Origin: a virus
Taxonomy: Duplodnaviria > Caudoviricetes
Direction: 5' to 3' (one strand)
IMG/VR virus record: IMGVR_UViG_3300021963_000456
Location: 1 to 30,614 of that record
Length of the DNA stretch: 30,614 nt
The stretch's first letter is position 1. Each line of letters starts with the position of its first letter. Both the position numbers and the translations under genes were made by a program. Under the pieces are notes generated by a model. The model saw only the letters and a list, made by a program, of their open reading frames with translations, ran no database searches and had not been told where the DNA came from. Shown here piece after piece: positions 16,096-24,941 of the stretch.

Positions 16096-18615
16096 ATGGC
16101 AACACAAATGCCTATTGACCAAGAGTTCGGACGCAACATCGATGGCATGGAGACCATGACCGAAAACGAAGACGGCAGTGTTGAAGTTCCGTTGGAGATG
16201 GATGAGTCACAGATTGAGGAACTGCCTGATGGCTCCGCTGTGGTGACCATGGACGACAACTTCAAAGGCCCAAGCGAAGACGAGGACTTTTATTCCAACC
16301 TTGCTGACAGCGAAATTGACTCGTGGGAGTTGGACAAGATTGCTTTGCGGTACATCGAACTGCTGGAGAAGGATAAGTCTGCCCGTGAACAGCGGGACAA
16401 GCAGTATGAGGAGGGCATTCGACGCACGGGCATGGGGCATGATGCGCCCGGTGGCGCTAACTTCAATGGTGCATCCAAGGTTGTCCACCCTGTCATGGCT
16501 GAAGCCTGCGTTGACTTTGCTTCCCGTGCCATCAAAGAGCTATTCCCACCCGATGGCCCGACCCGCACCAAGATTTTGGGCGACGTGGACAAGGAAAAAC
16601 TTGCTGTTGCCGAGCGTAAACGTGACTACATGAACTGGCAGTTAACAGAACAGATCGAAGAGTTCCGTGACGAGCAAGAGCAACTGCTGACTCAACTGCC
16701 TTTGGGTGGTTCACAGTTCATGAAGCTGTGGTACGACGAGCAAAAACGCCGCCCATGTGCTGAATTTGTGCCGATTGACAACGTATTATTGCCATTTGCC
16801 GCCGCAAATTTCTACACCGCACAGCGTGTGACCGAGGTTCATGACATCACGGACTGGGAATTCAAGCGTCGCATCGCCTCTGGGCTGTACCGTGACACTG
16901 ATTACATTCGTGCAACGGTCGATCCAGAAGAATCCAAGGCTGAAAAAGCCAACAACAAGATCGAAGGACGCAAGTCTGAAGACAATGAAGACGGAATCCG
17001 TCGGGTTTTCCACGTCTACACATGGCTTGAGCTTGATGACGACCCCCGTACCAAGGGCGAAATGGCTCCGTACATCCTGATGATCGACGAGTACGACAAC
17101 CAAGTCGTTGGTTTGTACCGAAATTGGGAAGAAGGCGACGAGACTTACACCAAATTGGACTGGTTGATTGAGTTCAAATTCATTCCGTGGCGTGGAGCCT
17201 ATGCTGTGGGTCTGCCGCACCTAATTGGAGGGCTTGCCGCCGCTTTGACGGGGTCTCTGAGGGCTTTGTTGGACTCGGCGCACATCAACAACAGCGCAAC
17301 GATGCTGAAGTTGAAGGGGGCAAAGATCAGCGGACAGTCACAACAGGTCGAAGTCACGCAGGTGGTGGAGATTGAAGGCGCTCCCGGTGTCGATGACATC
17401 AAAAAGATCGCCATGCCCATGCCGTTTAACCCGCCATCACAGGTTTTGTTTGAGTTGATGGGTTATTTGGACAAAGCCGCCAAGGGCGTGGTGACCACCG
17501 CCGAAGAAAAGATTGCTGACATCACCTCCAACGCCCCTGTTGGCACGACTCAGGCGCTGATTGAGCAGGGTGCGGCTGTGTTCTCAGCCATCCACGCCCG
17601 TTTGCACGACAGCCAGAGCCGTGTGCTGAAAGTTTTGGGCAGATTGAACCGTTGGTACTTGGATGACCAGAAAAAAGGCGATGTGGTTGCCGATTTGGAG
17701 ATCACAAAGGACGATTTCCGCCGCAACACGGACGTTGTGCCTATCTCTGACCCGCACATCTTCTCCGAAACACAGCGCATGGCGCAAATGCAGGCGGTTT
17801 TGGCACGTTCTGAGAAGCGCCCTGACCTGTACAACCTCAAAGCGGTGGAGGAGCGGTTCTTGAAGCAGATCAAGATACCTGCTGTCAACGAAATCCTGAA
17901 AAACACACCTGATCCTGAGAAGCGTGACCCTGCCAACGAGAACGTGGCTATGGCATTGGGGCAAGCCGCCTTTGCTTACATTGACCAAGACCATTTGGCA
18001 CACATTCAGAGCCACTTGGACTTTGCCAAAGACCCAGTCATGGGCGGCAACCCGTTGATGGCTCCAGCGTTCATTCCACAGGTCATGGAACACCTGAAAC
18101 AGCACTTGACCCTGTGGTATCTCAACCGCATGAACGGGTACGTTACAAAGGCTGTGGGACACCCTGTGAAGGATTACGACAGCGAGGACATGACTGCCAA
18201 GGTGGACAAGCTTTATGCCGTGGCTTCACAGCACGTCAACTTGGATACGGCTACCGTCTTCCAAGGCATTTTGCCAATCATCCAGCAGATGCAACAGCAA
18301 CTCCAGCAGATGCAACCTACCCCACCGCTGACACCAGAAGCCAAGGTGCTGATGGACACCAGCATGGCAGAGACACAGCGTCGTGCCGCCAAAGACCAAG
18401 CCGACACCCAACTGGCACTGAAGAAACAACAGGATCAGTTGATGATTGCGCAAGAGGACAACCAGTTGAAGCTGGCTATTGCCGAAGGCGACAACGAAAC
18501 CAAAGAACGTATCGAATCTGCAAGACTGGCTCGTGACACAGCCAAGTTGCAACATGAGCAGGCGAAAACTGCAATTTCTTTAACCAACCAAGGAAACCCA
18601 AATGGCTACCAGTGA
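16096..18615 (+). CDS. Portal protein (P22-like podovirus type)
   Basis: AAGGAAG RBS; 839 aa; V.HPV.AEA..F, LPL.GS.F.K...D, F.P..G.Y..GL.HLIG, APVGTT.ALIE; Q-rich barrel tail. Confidence 0.88.
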   Translation: MATQMPIDQEFGRNIDGMETMTENEDGSVEVPLEMDESQIEELPDGSAVVTMDDNFKGPSEDEDFYSNLADSEIDSWELDKIALRYIELLEKDKSAREQRDKQYEEGIRRTGMGHDAPGGANFNGASKVVHPVMAEACVDFASRAIKELFPPDGPTRTKILGDVDKEKLAVAERKRDYMNWQLTEQIEEFRDEQEQLLTQLPLGGSQFMKLWYDEQKRRPCAEFVPIDNVLLPFAAANFYTAQRVTEVHDITDWEFKRRIASGLYRDTDYIRATVDPEESKAEKANNKIEGRKSEDNEDGIRRVFHVYTWLELDDDPRTKGEMAPYILMIDEYDNQVVGLYRNWEEGDETYTKLDWLIEFKFIPWRGAYAVGLPHLIGGLAAALTGSLRALLDSAHINNSATMLKLKGAKISGQSQQVEVTQVVEIEGAPGVDDIKKIAMPMPFNPPSQVLFELMGYLDKAAKGVVTTAEEKIADITSNAPVGTTQALIEQGAAVFSAIHARLHDSQSRVLKVLGRLNRWYLDDQKKGDVVADLEITKDDFRRNTDVVPISDPHIFSETQRMAQMQAVLARSEKRPDLYNLKAVEERFLKQIKIPAVNEILKNTPDPEKRDPANENVAMALGQAAFAYIDQDHLAHIQSHLDFAKDPVMGGNPLMAPAFIPQVMEHLKQHLTLWYLNRMNGYVTKAVGHPVKDYDSEDMTAKVDKLYAVASQHVNLDTATVFQGILPIIQQMQQQLQQMQPTPPLTPEAKVLMDTSMAETQRRAAKDQADTQLALKKQQDQLMIAQEDNQLKLAIAEGDNETKERIESARLARDTAKLQHEQAKTAISLTNQGNPNGYQ

Positions 18616-18754
18616 TCAAGAGCAAAAGAGCGAACTTGTCCCACAACACAAGCGCATCGCAATGGGCGAAAAGCTTGATGGCACAAGCATGCAACCCAAA
18701 GGCGGAAATCAAAAACCACAACAAGGAGGCTTGTCACAAGCGAAGAAGAAATAA
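18602..18754 (+). CDS. Small basic protein, 50 aa (MATSDQEQK...QQGGLSQAKKK), not in the ORF track
   Basis: AAGGA RBS; read manually; its stop abuts the next ATG. Confidence 0.72.
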   Translation: MATSDQEQKSELVPQHKRIAMGEKLDGTSMQPKGGNQKPQQGGLSQAKKK

Positions 18755-18940
18755 ATGAGCATCATCGGAGACCTAATCGGTGCGTTGAAGAGTCGGCAGG
18801 CTGAAATAGCCGCTTCACTCGCCAGCGGGAACGCAGGCACATGGGAGACCTATCAGCGCATGGTTGGAACATTTCAAGGATTGCAAGAATCTTTGGACAT
18901 CTTAAACAAACTATTAAAGGATGAAAATGAGCGTGACTGA
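18755..18940 (+). CDS. Conserved small helical protein preceding GroES
   Basis: L..G....E.Y..MVG...GL pattern. Confidence 0.82.
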   Translation: MSIIGDLIGALKSRQAEIAASLASGNAGTWETYQRMVGTFQGLQESLDILNKLLKDENERD

Positions 18941-19364
18941 ACCCGAAGCTTTGAACAAAGCTGAACTTAACTGGGCATTTCCAGTTGTCGATCCGGGCGC
19001 AAAACCTCTTGGCGGACGCATCTTGGTGCAACTCCGTCGGACAAGACAAAAAACGACTGGCGCAGGAATCATATTGGTCGAAGAGACCAAGGAAACCGAA
19101 AAGTGGAACAACATGGTGGCAAAGGTCTTGATGATTGGCCCCCTCGCCTTCAAAAACCGTGACACCATGCAACCGTGGCCCGAAGGCTCGTGGTGTGAGG
19201 TTGGCGACTATATCCGTGTCCCCAAGTGGGGTGGTGACCGTTGGGAGGTAAGAGTTCCCGGCGAGGATGACTTGGAAGACCCCGCATTGTTCATGGTTCT
19301 CAACGACCATGAGGTTATTGCCACCGTAACTGGTGACCCACTTGCCATGAAAGCGTTTTTATGA
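18927..19364 (+). CDS. groES: GroES/Cpn10-like co-chaperonin
   Basis: KPLGGRILV...TGAGIIL...KVLMIGP...CEVGDYI..PKWGG...VLNDHEVIA matches Cpn10. Confidence 0.88.
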   Translation: MSVTEPEALNKAELNWAFPVVDPGAKPLGGRILVQLRRTRQKTTGAGIILVEETKETEKWNNMVAKVLMIGPLAFKNRDTMQPWPEGSWCEVGDYIRVPKWGGDRWEVRVPGEDDLEDPALFMVLNDHEVIATVTGDPLAMKAFL

Positions 19365-20335
19365 GTACAGAAACACAAGACAAACTGGACGACATTCAAG
19401 TCTCCGAAGAAAAAGACGGGTCTGTCAGAGTCGATCTGCCTGACCACATCCAAAGCCCTGACGCACCCGAAGACGACGGTGACGATAAGGACACAGTCCT
19501 TGCCGATGGTGGTGAGGTCGATGAACAGGATCATCCTGACGACACGGAAGCCATCCGTGCCGCCCGACGCAACCAGCGCCGTGCCAGAAAGGAAATGATC
19601 AAGCAGAAGAATGCCGAGAAGGACATTCGCCTGCAAAACCTCCAGCGCCAAAACCAAGAGTTGCTTGAGCGCCTGTCTGTGGTCGAACGCAAGACACAGT
19701 CAGCCGACTTGGCACGGATTGACAAGGCACTGGAAGACAAAGAACTGCGCTTGCAGTACGCCAAGATGAAAATGTCAGAAGCCACCACAAACAGTGATGG
19801 TGAGGCTTTCAGCAAGGCACAGGACATGTGGTACGAGGTGCGCCGTGAAATCGAGTCCATCAAGGCTCTGAAGGAACAGGCAGTTCGTACCAGCAACAAC
19901 CAGCCCATTCAAGACAACCGTGAGATGCAACGCCAAGCCTCCAAGTGGATGGATCGCAATCCGTGGTACGACCCGAATGGCGATGAAGAAGATGTTGAGA
20001 TTGCCAAGGTGGTTGATCAACGGCTTGTTAAAGAAGGCTGGAACCCAAACACATCAGAATATTGGGATGAGTTGGATAGACGCTTGCAAAAGCGTATACC
20101 CCACCGTTATACTGATGACAATGACGAGAGACCTACTCGTAAACCAAGGAGCGTTGTGACAAGTTCAGGGCGTGAAAACATTTCTGGTAGTGGCGCAAAA
20201 AACACTTTCACTCTGTCGCCAGAGCAAGTGCGAGCCATGAAGGATGCGGGTTTCTGGGATGACTCAGAAAAACGCAACAAGATGATTAAGCGTTATGCAA
20301 TGGAAGCACGTCAATCCCAAGGTTATAGGAGTTAA
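19361..20335 (+). CDS. Putative capsid scaffolding protein
   Basis: Acidic N-terminus, long coiled coil, W...NPWY, C-terminal LSPEQV..; lies between portal and capsid. Confidence 0.75.
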   Translation: MSTETQDKLDDIQVSEEKDGSVRVDLPDHIQSPDAPEDDGDDKDTVLADGGEVDEQDHPDDTEAIRAARRNQRRARKEMIKQKNAEKDIRLQNLQRQNQELLERLSVVERKTQSADLARIDKALEDKELRLQYAKMKMSEATTNSDGEAFSKAQDMWYEVRREIESIKALKEQAVRTSNNQPIQDNREMQRQASKWMDRNPWYDPNGDEEDVEIAKVVDQRLVKEGWNPNTSEYWDELDRRLQKRIPHRYTDDNDERPTRKPRSVVTSSGRENISGSGAKNTFTLSPEQVRAMKDAGFWDDSEKRNKMIKRYAMEARQSQGYRS

Positions 20336-20337
20336 AA

Positions 20338-20880
20338 ATGGCAACAGAATCTCGTCTCAAAAAATCTCTCAACGCAGGTGGTCGTGATAATAGGTCTGCA
20401 CAAGACTTGACCCGTGCCGCCCCCGAGGAGAAGTTCGTCTCAGCACAGGAACGTCGCAAGATGTGGAGTGATGAGTGGACACAAAGCGCCCTGCCGAAGC
20501 TACCCGAAATGAAAGGGTGGCATCTTTGCTGGTTATCAACCACCAATAGTTACGACAGTCTTGATAAACGGATTCGACTTGGATACGTTCCCGTGAGAGC
20601 GGATGAGTTCCCCAATTTCGACAATTACCGTGTAAAAGCTGGAGAACACGTTGGTCATGTCGCATGTAATGAAATGATCTTGTGCAAAATCCCAGAGGAT
20701 ATGTACCAAGACATTATGTTGCAGATGCACCATGAAGCACCAATGGACGAGGCGGACAAAATCAAAGTCCAAATCGAACAGCTTCAGGGTAATCGTGACA
20801 GTTCAGGCAAATCGCTTGGGCAGGTTGAAGGCGAAGGATTCGGACAATTTGACCAAACCGTCCGCACACCCGTCTTTTAA
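20338..20880 (+). CDS. Conserved head-module protein of unknown function
   Basis: AGGAG RBS; GWHLCWLS...R.RLGY.PV...L.KIPE motif. Confidence 0.82.
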   Translation: MATESRLKKSLNAGGRDNRSAQDLTRAAPEEKFVSAQERRKMWSDEWTQSALPKLPEMKGWHLCWLSTTNSYDSLDKRIRLGYVPVRADEFPNFDNYRVKAGEHVGHVACNEMILCKIPEDMYQDIMLQMHHEAPMDEADKIKVQIEQLQGNRDSSGKSLGQVEGEGFGQFDQTVRTPVF

Positions 20881-20912
20881 TACGGATCGGACAACCAAAA
20901 AGGAGGAGGACT

Positions 20913-21515
20913 ATGTCTTCAACTAACGCTCCGTTTGGCTTGCGTCCCGCTTTCCACCCATCAGGTCTGGATCGTGCTCAAGCTCTTGCCAACGGTATTC
21001 AAGCAGTCTCTACCAGCGGTAACGTCTCCGCTGGCTATGCCACCACCATCCTGAAGGGTCAGCCCGTCAAGATGAACACTGGTGGTTACATCGTGGTCGC
21101 CGCCGCTGGTGATGCGTTCCTCGGAGCCTTTGCAGGTGTCGAGTGGACTGATTCAACAGGCCGTCGCCGTGTTTCCAACTACTGGCCTGCCAACGAGTCA
21201 TTCCTCGTCGGTTCTGTCGTTGCGTATTTCTACTCTGACCAAAACATCGTGTATGAAATCCAAACCGATGGCACTATGGCTCAAACCGCCATTGGTGACG
21301 AAGCTGACCTAAGCAACACAACTGCTGGTTCAACAACCACTGGTTTGTCTCAAGCCACTCTGTCCACCACTTTGGCTGGTTCAGGAAACACCGCACAAAT
21401 GCGTATCGTTGATATAGGCCCTTACGCCGACAACGCTTGGGGTGACGACTACGTCATCGTTCGTACAACCATCGCCAAGTACCAGTTCGCTGGTGTCGCT
21501 GGCACAGCAATCTAA
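20913..21515 (+). CDS. Putative capsid decoration/cement protein
   Basis: AGGAGGAGG RBS; APFGLRP, G.FAGVEWTD, YE.Q; directly upstream of the MCP. Confidence 0.7.
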   Translation: MSSTNAPFGLRPAFHPSGLDRAQALANGIQAVSTSGNVSAGYATTILKGQPVKMNTGGYIVVAAAGDAFLGAFAGVEWTDSTGRRRVSNYWPANESFLVGSVVAYFYSDQNIVYEIQTDGTMAQTAIGDEADLSNTTAGSTTTGLSQATLSTTLAGSGNTAQMRIVDIGPYADNAWGDDYVIVRTTIAKYQFAGVAGTAI

Positions 21516-21528
21516 GGAGGAGTGAACC

Positions 21529-22443
21529 ATGGCCGCTCCAATGCGCAGTACCGACTTTCGTAGCATTGTCGAACCAATCTTGAATGAATGTTTCGATGGT
21601 GTCTACGATCAACGAACCGACGAATGGTCACGAGTTTTCCGTGAACAAGAAGGTATTCCCCGTAACTACCACGAAGAACCCGTCCTGTACGGATTCGGAG
21701 CCGCACCCCAGTTGCCTGACGGTACTCCTGTCAGCTACCAACAAGGTGGTGTTCTCTTCTTGCAACGCTATGTGTACAACGTGTATGGCCTCGCCTTCGC
21801 ATTGACCAAAGTGTTGGTTGAAGACGGCGACCATATCCGCATCGGTCAGGTTTATGCACGTCACTTGGCACAGTCTTTGATTGAAACCAAAGAAACTTTG
21901 TCAGCAAACGTGTTGAACCGTGCTTTCAATAGTTCGTACCCCGGTGGTGATGGCGTTCAGTTGAACTCCGCTTCACACCCCATCGTGAATGGTACTTTCA
22001 GCAACTTGTTGACCACTGCCGCCAACTTGTCTCAGACATCTCTTGAGCAGATGCTGATTCAGATTCGCCAAGCTGTGGACAACAACGGCAAGAAGATTCG
22101 CTTGGTTCCCCGCCAATTGGTGGTGGCTCCCGGCAACGTCTTCCAAGCCGAAGTGTTGTTGAAATCCGTTCTGCGTTCTGGCAATGCAAACAACGACATC
22201 AACCCCGTCAAGTCCATCGGTCTGTTGGACGAAGGTGCGGCAGTGTTGTCACGTTTGACCAATCCAAGCGCATGGTGGGTACAAACCGACGCACCTGAAG
22301 GCATGAAGCTTTTGATGCGTCGCAAGCTGGAGAAAACGATGGAAGGCGACTTTGAAACTGACTCTATGCGCTACAAAGCGACAGAGCGTTACCAAGTTGG
22401 TTTCACCGATCCCCGTGCTATGTACGGTACACCCGGCGTTTAA
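21529..22443 (+). CDS. Major capsid protein (HK97 fold, Mu gpT-like family)
   Basis: AAGGAGG RBS; GF..A....G, ..E...AN.LN.AF, GDGV.L.S.SHP, EGDFET..MRYKA.ERY..G..DPR..YG.PG. Confidence 0.9.
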   Translation: MAAPMRSTDFRSIVEPILNECFDGVYDQRTDEWSRVFREQEGIPRNYHEEPVLYGFGAAPQLPDGTPVSYQQGGVLFLQRYVYNVYGLAFALTKVLVEDGDHIRIGQVYARHLAQSLIETKETLSANVLNRAFNSSYPGGDGVQLNSASHPIVNGTFSNLLTTAANLSQTSLEQMLIQIRQAVDNNGKKIRLVPRQLVVAPGNVFQAEVLLKSVLRSGNANNDINPVKSIGLLDEGAAVLSRLTNPSAWWVQTDAPEGMKLLMRRKLEKTMEGDFETDSMRYKATERYQVGFTDPRAMYGTPGV

Positions 22444-22450
22444 TGATCCG

Positions 22451-22472
22451 AATGGGGGCTTCGGCTCCCGTT
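22451..22472 (+). terminator. UUCG hairpin after the capsid gene
   Basis: AATGGGGGC-TTCG-GCTCCCGTT; short U tract. Confidence 0.6.
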
Positions 22473-22491
22473 CTTACATGGAGAAAAGACA

Positions 22492-22941
22492 ATGGCACAA
22501 ACCTATATTGGTTCTACCCTTCGCACGGGTTCTGGCACACTGACTGATACGACTGACGGCGGATTTGTCGTCGTCTCTCAAACAGTTGAAGTTACATCTG
22601 TAGCGGCTGGCACAGCGGCAATCAGCACCATTACTCTTCCTGCAAGCTCACAGATCATCAACATTTTTGTTGATAAAACTCAGCTTCAGGTTGTTGGTGG
22701 CGGCACTGCAACCACTTTGCCCTGCTTGGTTGGTTCAACCAGCGGTGGTGGCGAATATGTTCCCTCTGTGGACATGTTTACAACCGTTCGCTCAAATGGT
22801 GTGATGACAGTAGCTACGTTGGCGGCAATGGCAAATATTGGAACAAACACAACCGTGTATTGCACAGTTGATCCAAATGGAACCATTTCGACAACTCAAG
22901 CGAAAATCCGATTCACCGTTGTTTACGCTCAAAAAGTCTAA
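22492..22941 (+). CDS. Putative virion structural protein
   Basis: GGAG RBS; T/G/V-rich beta protein, TLPA.SQI, TVVYAQ end. Confidence 0.8.
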   Translation: MAQTYIGSTLRTGSGTLTDTTDGGFVVVSQTVEVTSVAAGTAAISTITLPASSQIINIFVDKTQLQVVGGGTATTLPCLVGSTSGGGEYVPSVDMFTTVRSNGVMTVATLAAMANIGTNTTVYCTVDPNGTISTTQAKIRFTVVYAQKV

Positions 22942-22952
22942 GGAGATAAGCA

Positions 22953-24038
22953 ATGGGTCAATTCAAACCAATGGTCAAAATGATGACCACTGAGCCAACA
23001 GTTGAACTGAAGCTCAAAAAGGGTGGGTCTGTCGAGAAGGCGGACGGTGGATACATGCCCATGAGATCGGGTATGTCTTCATCTATGCCTGCATCAATGC
23101 CTGCTCGTGGCGGAATGATGCCCTCTGCTCGTCCAATGAAACCTTCAATGGCAATGCGTCGCAAGGCGATGATGGCTTCCAAACCTCCCATGTCGGCTAC
23201 CCCCGCCATGAAAGAGGGTGGTGAGTCCAAAGCCGAACACAAAGCCGAAATGAAGGCTATCAAGGGCGTTAAATCTGAAATCAAGAGCCATGCATCCAAG
23301 CCTGCCAGCAAAGCCCACAAAGGCTTGAAAACTGGTGGCGTGGTCATGGGTCAAGCTGGTTTCAAAGAAGGCGGCATCATCAGCAATGAAAAGCAAGCGG
23401 CAACCTCTACCAAGATGGTTACCTCCAAGCCTGATCACTCACCTGCCAAAACTGGTGATGTCAAGATGGGCAATGGCGGTGGTTACAAAAAAGGTGGAGC
23501 AACCCACAAGTACGCCAAGGGCGGTTCTGTGATGAACTACGTTGACGGTAATGTTGTTGGTACGCCTGCTGGCAAAACCAATACCAAGACTGGCGAAGTA
23601 GCCAAATCCAACGCAGGTGGTTACAAAAAGGGTGGTGCTTTAAAAAAGTATGCTAGGGGCGGTGAGGTAGTGCAGGACGACGGCAAGGCGGTAGAGATGC
23701 CGCAAGGTCGTAAGAAGCCCTCTGCCCCTGTGAGCATTACTGCACTGTCTGGAACCTTCAAAAAGGGTGGTTCTGTCAAGAAGATGGCTAGTGGTGGCTC
23801 CGAAAGTGACCACGACGCAGTGATTGATCGTGAGATGTCACGCCGTGATGCTGAGAAGGCATCCGAACGTGCTGAAAACGAAGCAATGCGTGAAAGCATT
23901 CTTGGCGCACCGAAGCGTTTGATTGAAGGTGCAAAGCGTTTGTTTAGCGGAACTCCGCCTTCTGGCAGTGTGACGAAGACCGAAAAGTCTGTGACCGTCG
24001 CACCAGCAAAGAAACGTGGTGGCTCTGTAAAGTGCTGA
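22953..24038 (+). CDS. Lys/Gly/Met-rich low-complexity protein with 12 xxxGG motifs
   Basis: AAGGAG RBS; LKKGG, KADGG, MKEGG, LKTGG, FKEGG, YKKGG x2, YAKGG, YARGG, FKKGG, MASGG, KKRGG. Confidence 0.85.
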   Translation: MGQFKPMVKMMTTEPTVELKLKKGGSVEKADGGYMPMRSGMSSSMPASMPARGGMMPSARPMKPSMAMRRKAMMASKPPMSATPAMKEGGESKAEHKAEMKAIKGVKSEIKSHASKPASKAHKGLKTGGVVMGQAGFKEGGIISNEKQAATSTKMVTSKPDHSPAKTGDVKMGNGGGYKKGGATHKYAKGGSVMNYVDGNVVGTPAGKTNTKTGEVAKSNAGGYKKGGALKKYARGGEVVQDDGKAVEMPQGRKKPSAPVSITALSGTFKKGGSVKKMASGGSESDHDAVIDREMSRRDAEKASERAENEAMRESILGAPKRLIEGAKRLFSGTPPSGSVTKTEKSVTVAPAKKRGGSVKC

Positions 24039-24041
24039 ACC

Positions 24042-24070
24042 AAGGTGGGGGCTACGGCCCCCGCTTTTTT
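24042..24070 (+). terminator. Rho-independent terminator
   Basis: GGTGGGGGC-TACG-GCCCCCGCT followed by a T run. Confidence 0.85.
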
Positions 24071-24081
24071 AAGGAATAAAA

Positions 24082-24486
24082 ATGGCTGATGCAGTTACAA
24101 GTCAAACCCTGCTTGACGGCGAACGTCTTGCAATTATGAAATTCACAAACATCAGTGATGGCACTGGTGAGTCTGCGGTTTTAAAGGTAGATGTTTCTGC
24201 TCTTGCAAAAAGCGCATCGGGCGCTGTATGCGATAGGGTTACGGTTACCAAAATCTACATTTCTACTCATGGCATGGAAGTCAGAATGTTGTGGGACGCT
24301 ACAGCGGATGTGCCGTTTTTTCTTTCGGCTCCCAATGCGACGCAAACGCTTGATATGACAAACTTTGGCGGCATTACCAACAATGGCGGTGCTGGAGTTA
24401 CTGGTGACATTATGTTTACCACGGCTGACGCATCATCTGGTGACACCTATTGGGTTATCTTGGAGATGGTCAAGGGGTATGCTTGA
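24082..24486 (+). CDS. Conserved putative structural protein
   Basis: AAGGA RBS; MADAVTSQT...KFTN.SDGTGES.V.KVDVSAL...TGDI.FTT motif. Confidence 0.82.
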   Translation: MADAVTSQTLLDGERLAIMKFTNISDGTGESAVLKVDVSALAKSASGAVCDRVTVTKIYISTHGMEVRMLWDATADVPFFLSAPNATQTLDMTNFGGITNNGGAGVTGDIMFTTADASSGDTYWVILEMVKGYA

Positions 24487-24938
24487 TGCCAAGCAAGTCC
24501 CCTGCCCAACATCGCTTGATGCAAGCCGCCGCCCACACTAAGGGTGGCTTTGGTGGTGCGCCCCAAAAGGTTGGTAAGGAATTTTCCAAGGCTGATGAGG
24601 GCAAGAAATTTAAAGATGGTGGAGTAACCCAATCTTTAAAAAAAGCTGGGTTTTATGATGAAGGCAAAAGCAAATCAGAGCGCCAAAAAATTATTGATGA
24701 CGTAACAACCAAGCCTCAAAGGGTGCAAATTGTGGAAAAAGTATTCTCAGACAAAAAAATGAAAGCAGGTGGTTTGTATGAAAACATTCATCGAAAACAG
24801 CAAAGAATTGCTGAAGGCTCTGGCGAAAAAATGCGTCGAGTTGGTAGCAAAGGTGCGCCAACGGCTGATGCCTTCAAACAGTCAGCCAAAACAGTGAAGA
24901 AAAAAGAAGGCGGCAAGGCAACAAATTGTTGCTGGTGA
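24486..24938 (+). CDS. Basic protein built from three small modules joined by xxxGG linkers
   Basis: TGATG coupling; MPSKSPAQHRLM...FKDGG / VTQS...MKAGG / LYENIH...KKEGG / KATNCCW. Confidence 0.8.
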   Translation: MPSKSPAQHRLMQAAAHTKGGFGGAPQKVGKEFSKADEGKKFKDGGVTQSLKKAGFYDEGKSKSERQKIIDDVTTKPQRVQIVEKVFSDKKMKAGGLYENIHRKQQRIAEGSGEKMRRVGSKGAPTADAFKQSAKTVKKKEGGKATNCCW

Positions 24939-24941
24939 GCT

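Noticed and set aside
21736-21756. YQQGGVL in the MCP, and GG in tail-fibre NGGTG repeats, as members of the GG motif
   Set aside because: They lack the A/K/R second position and basic context and lie within folded or Gly-rich fibre regions; probably chance.
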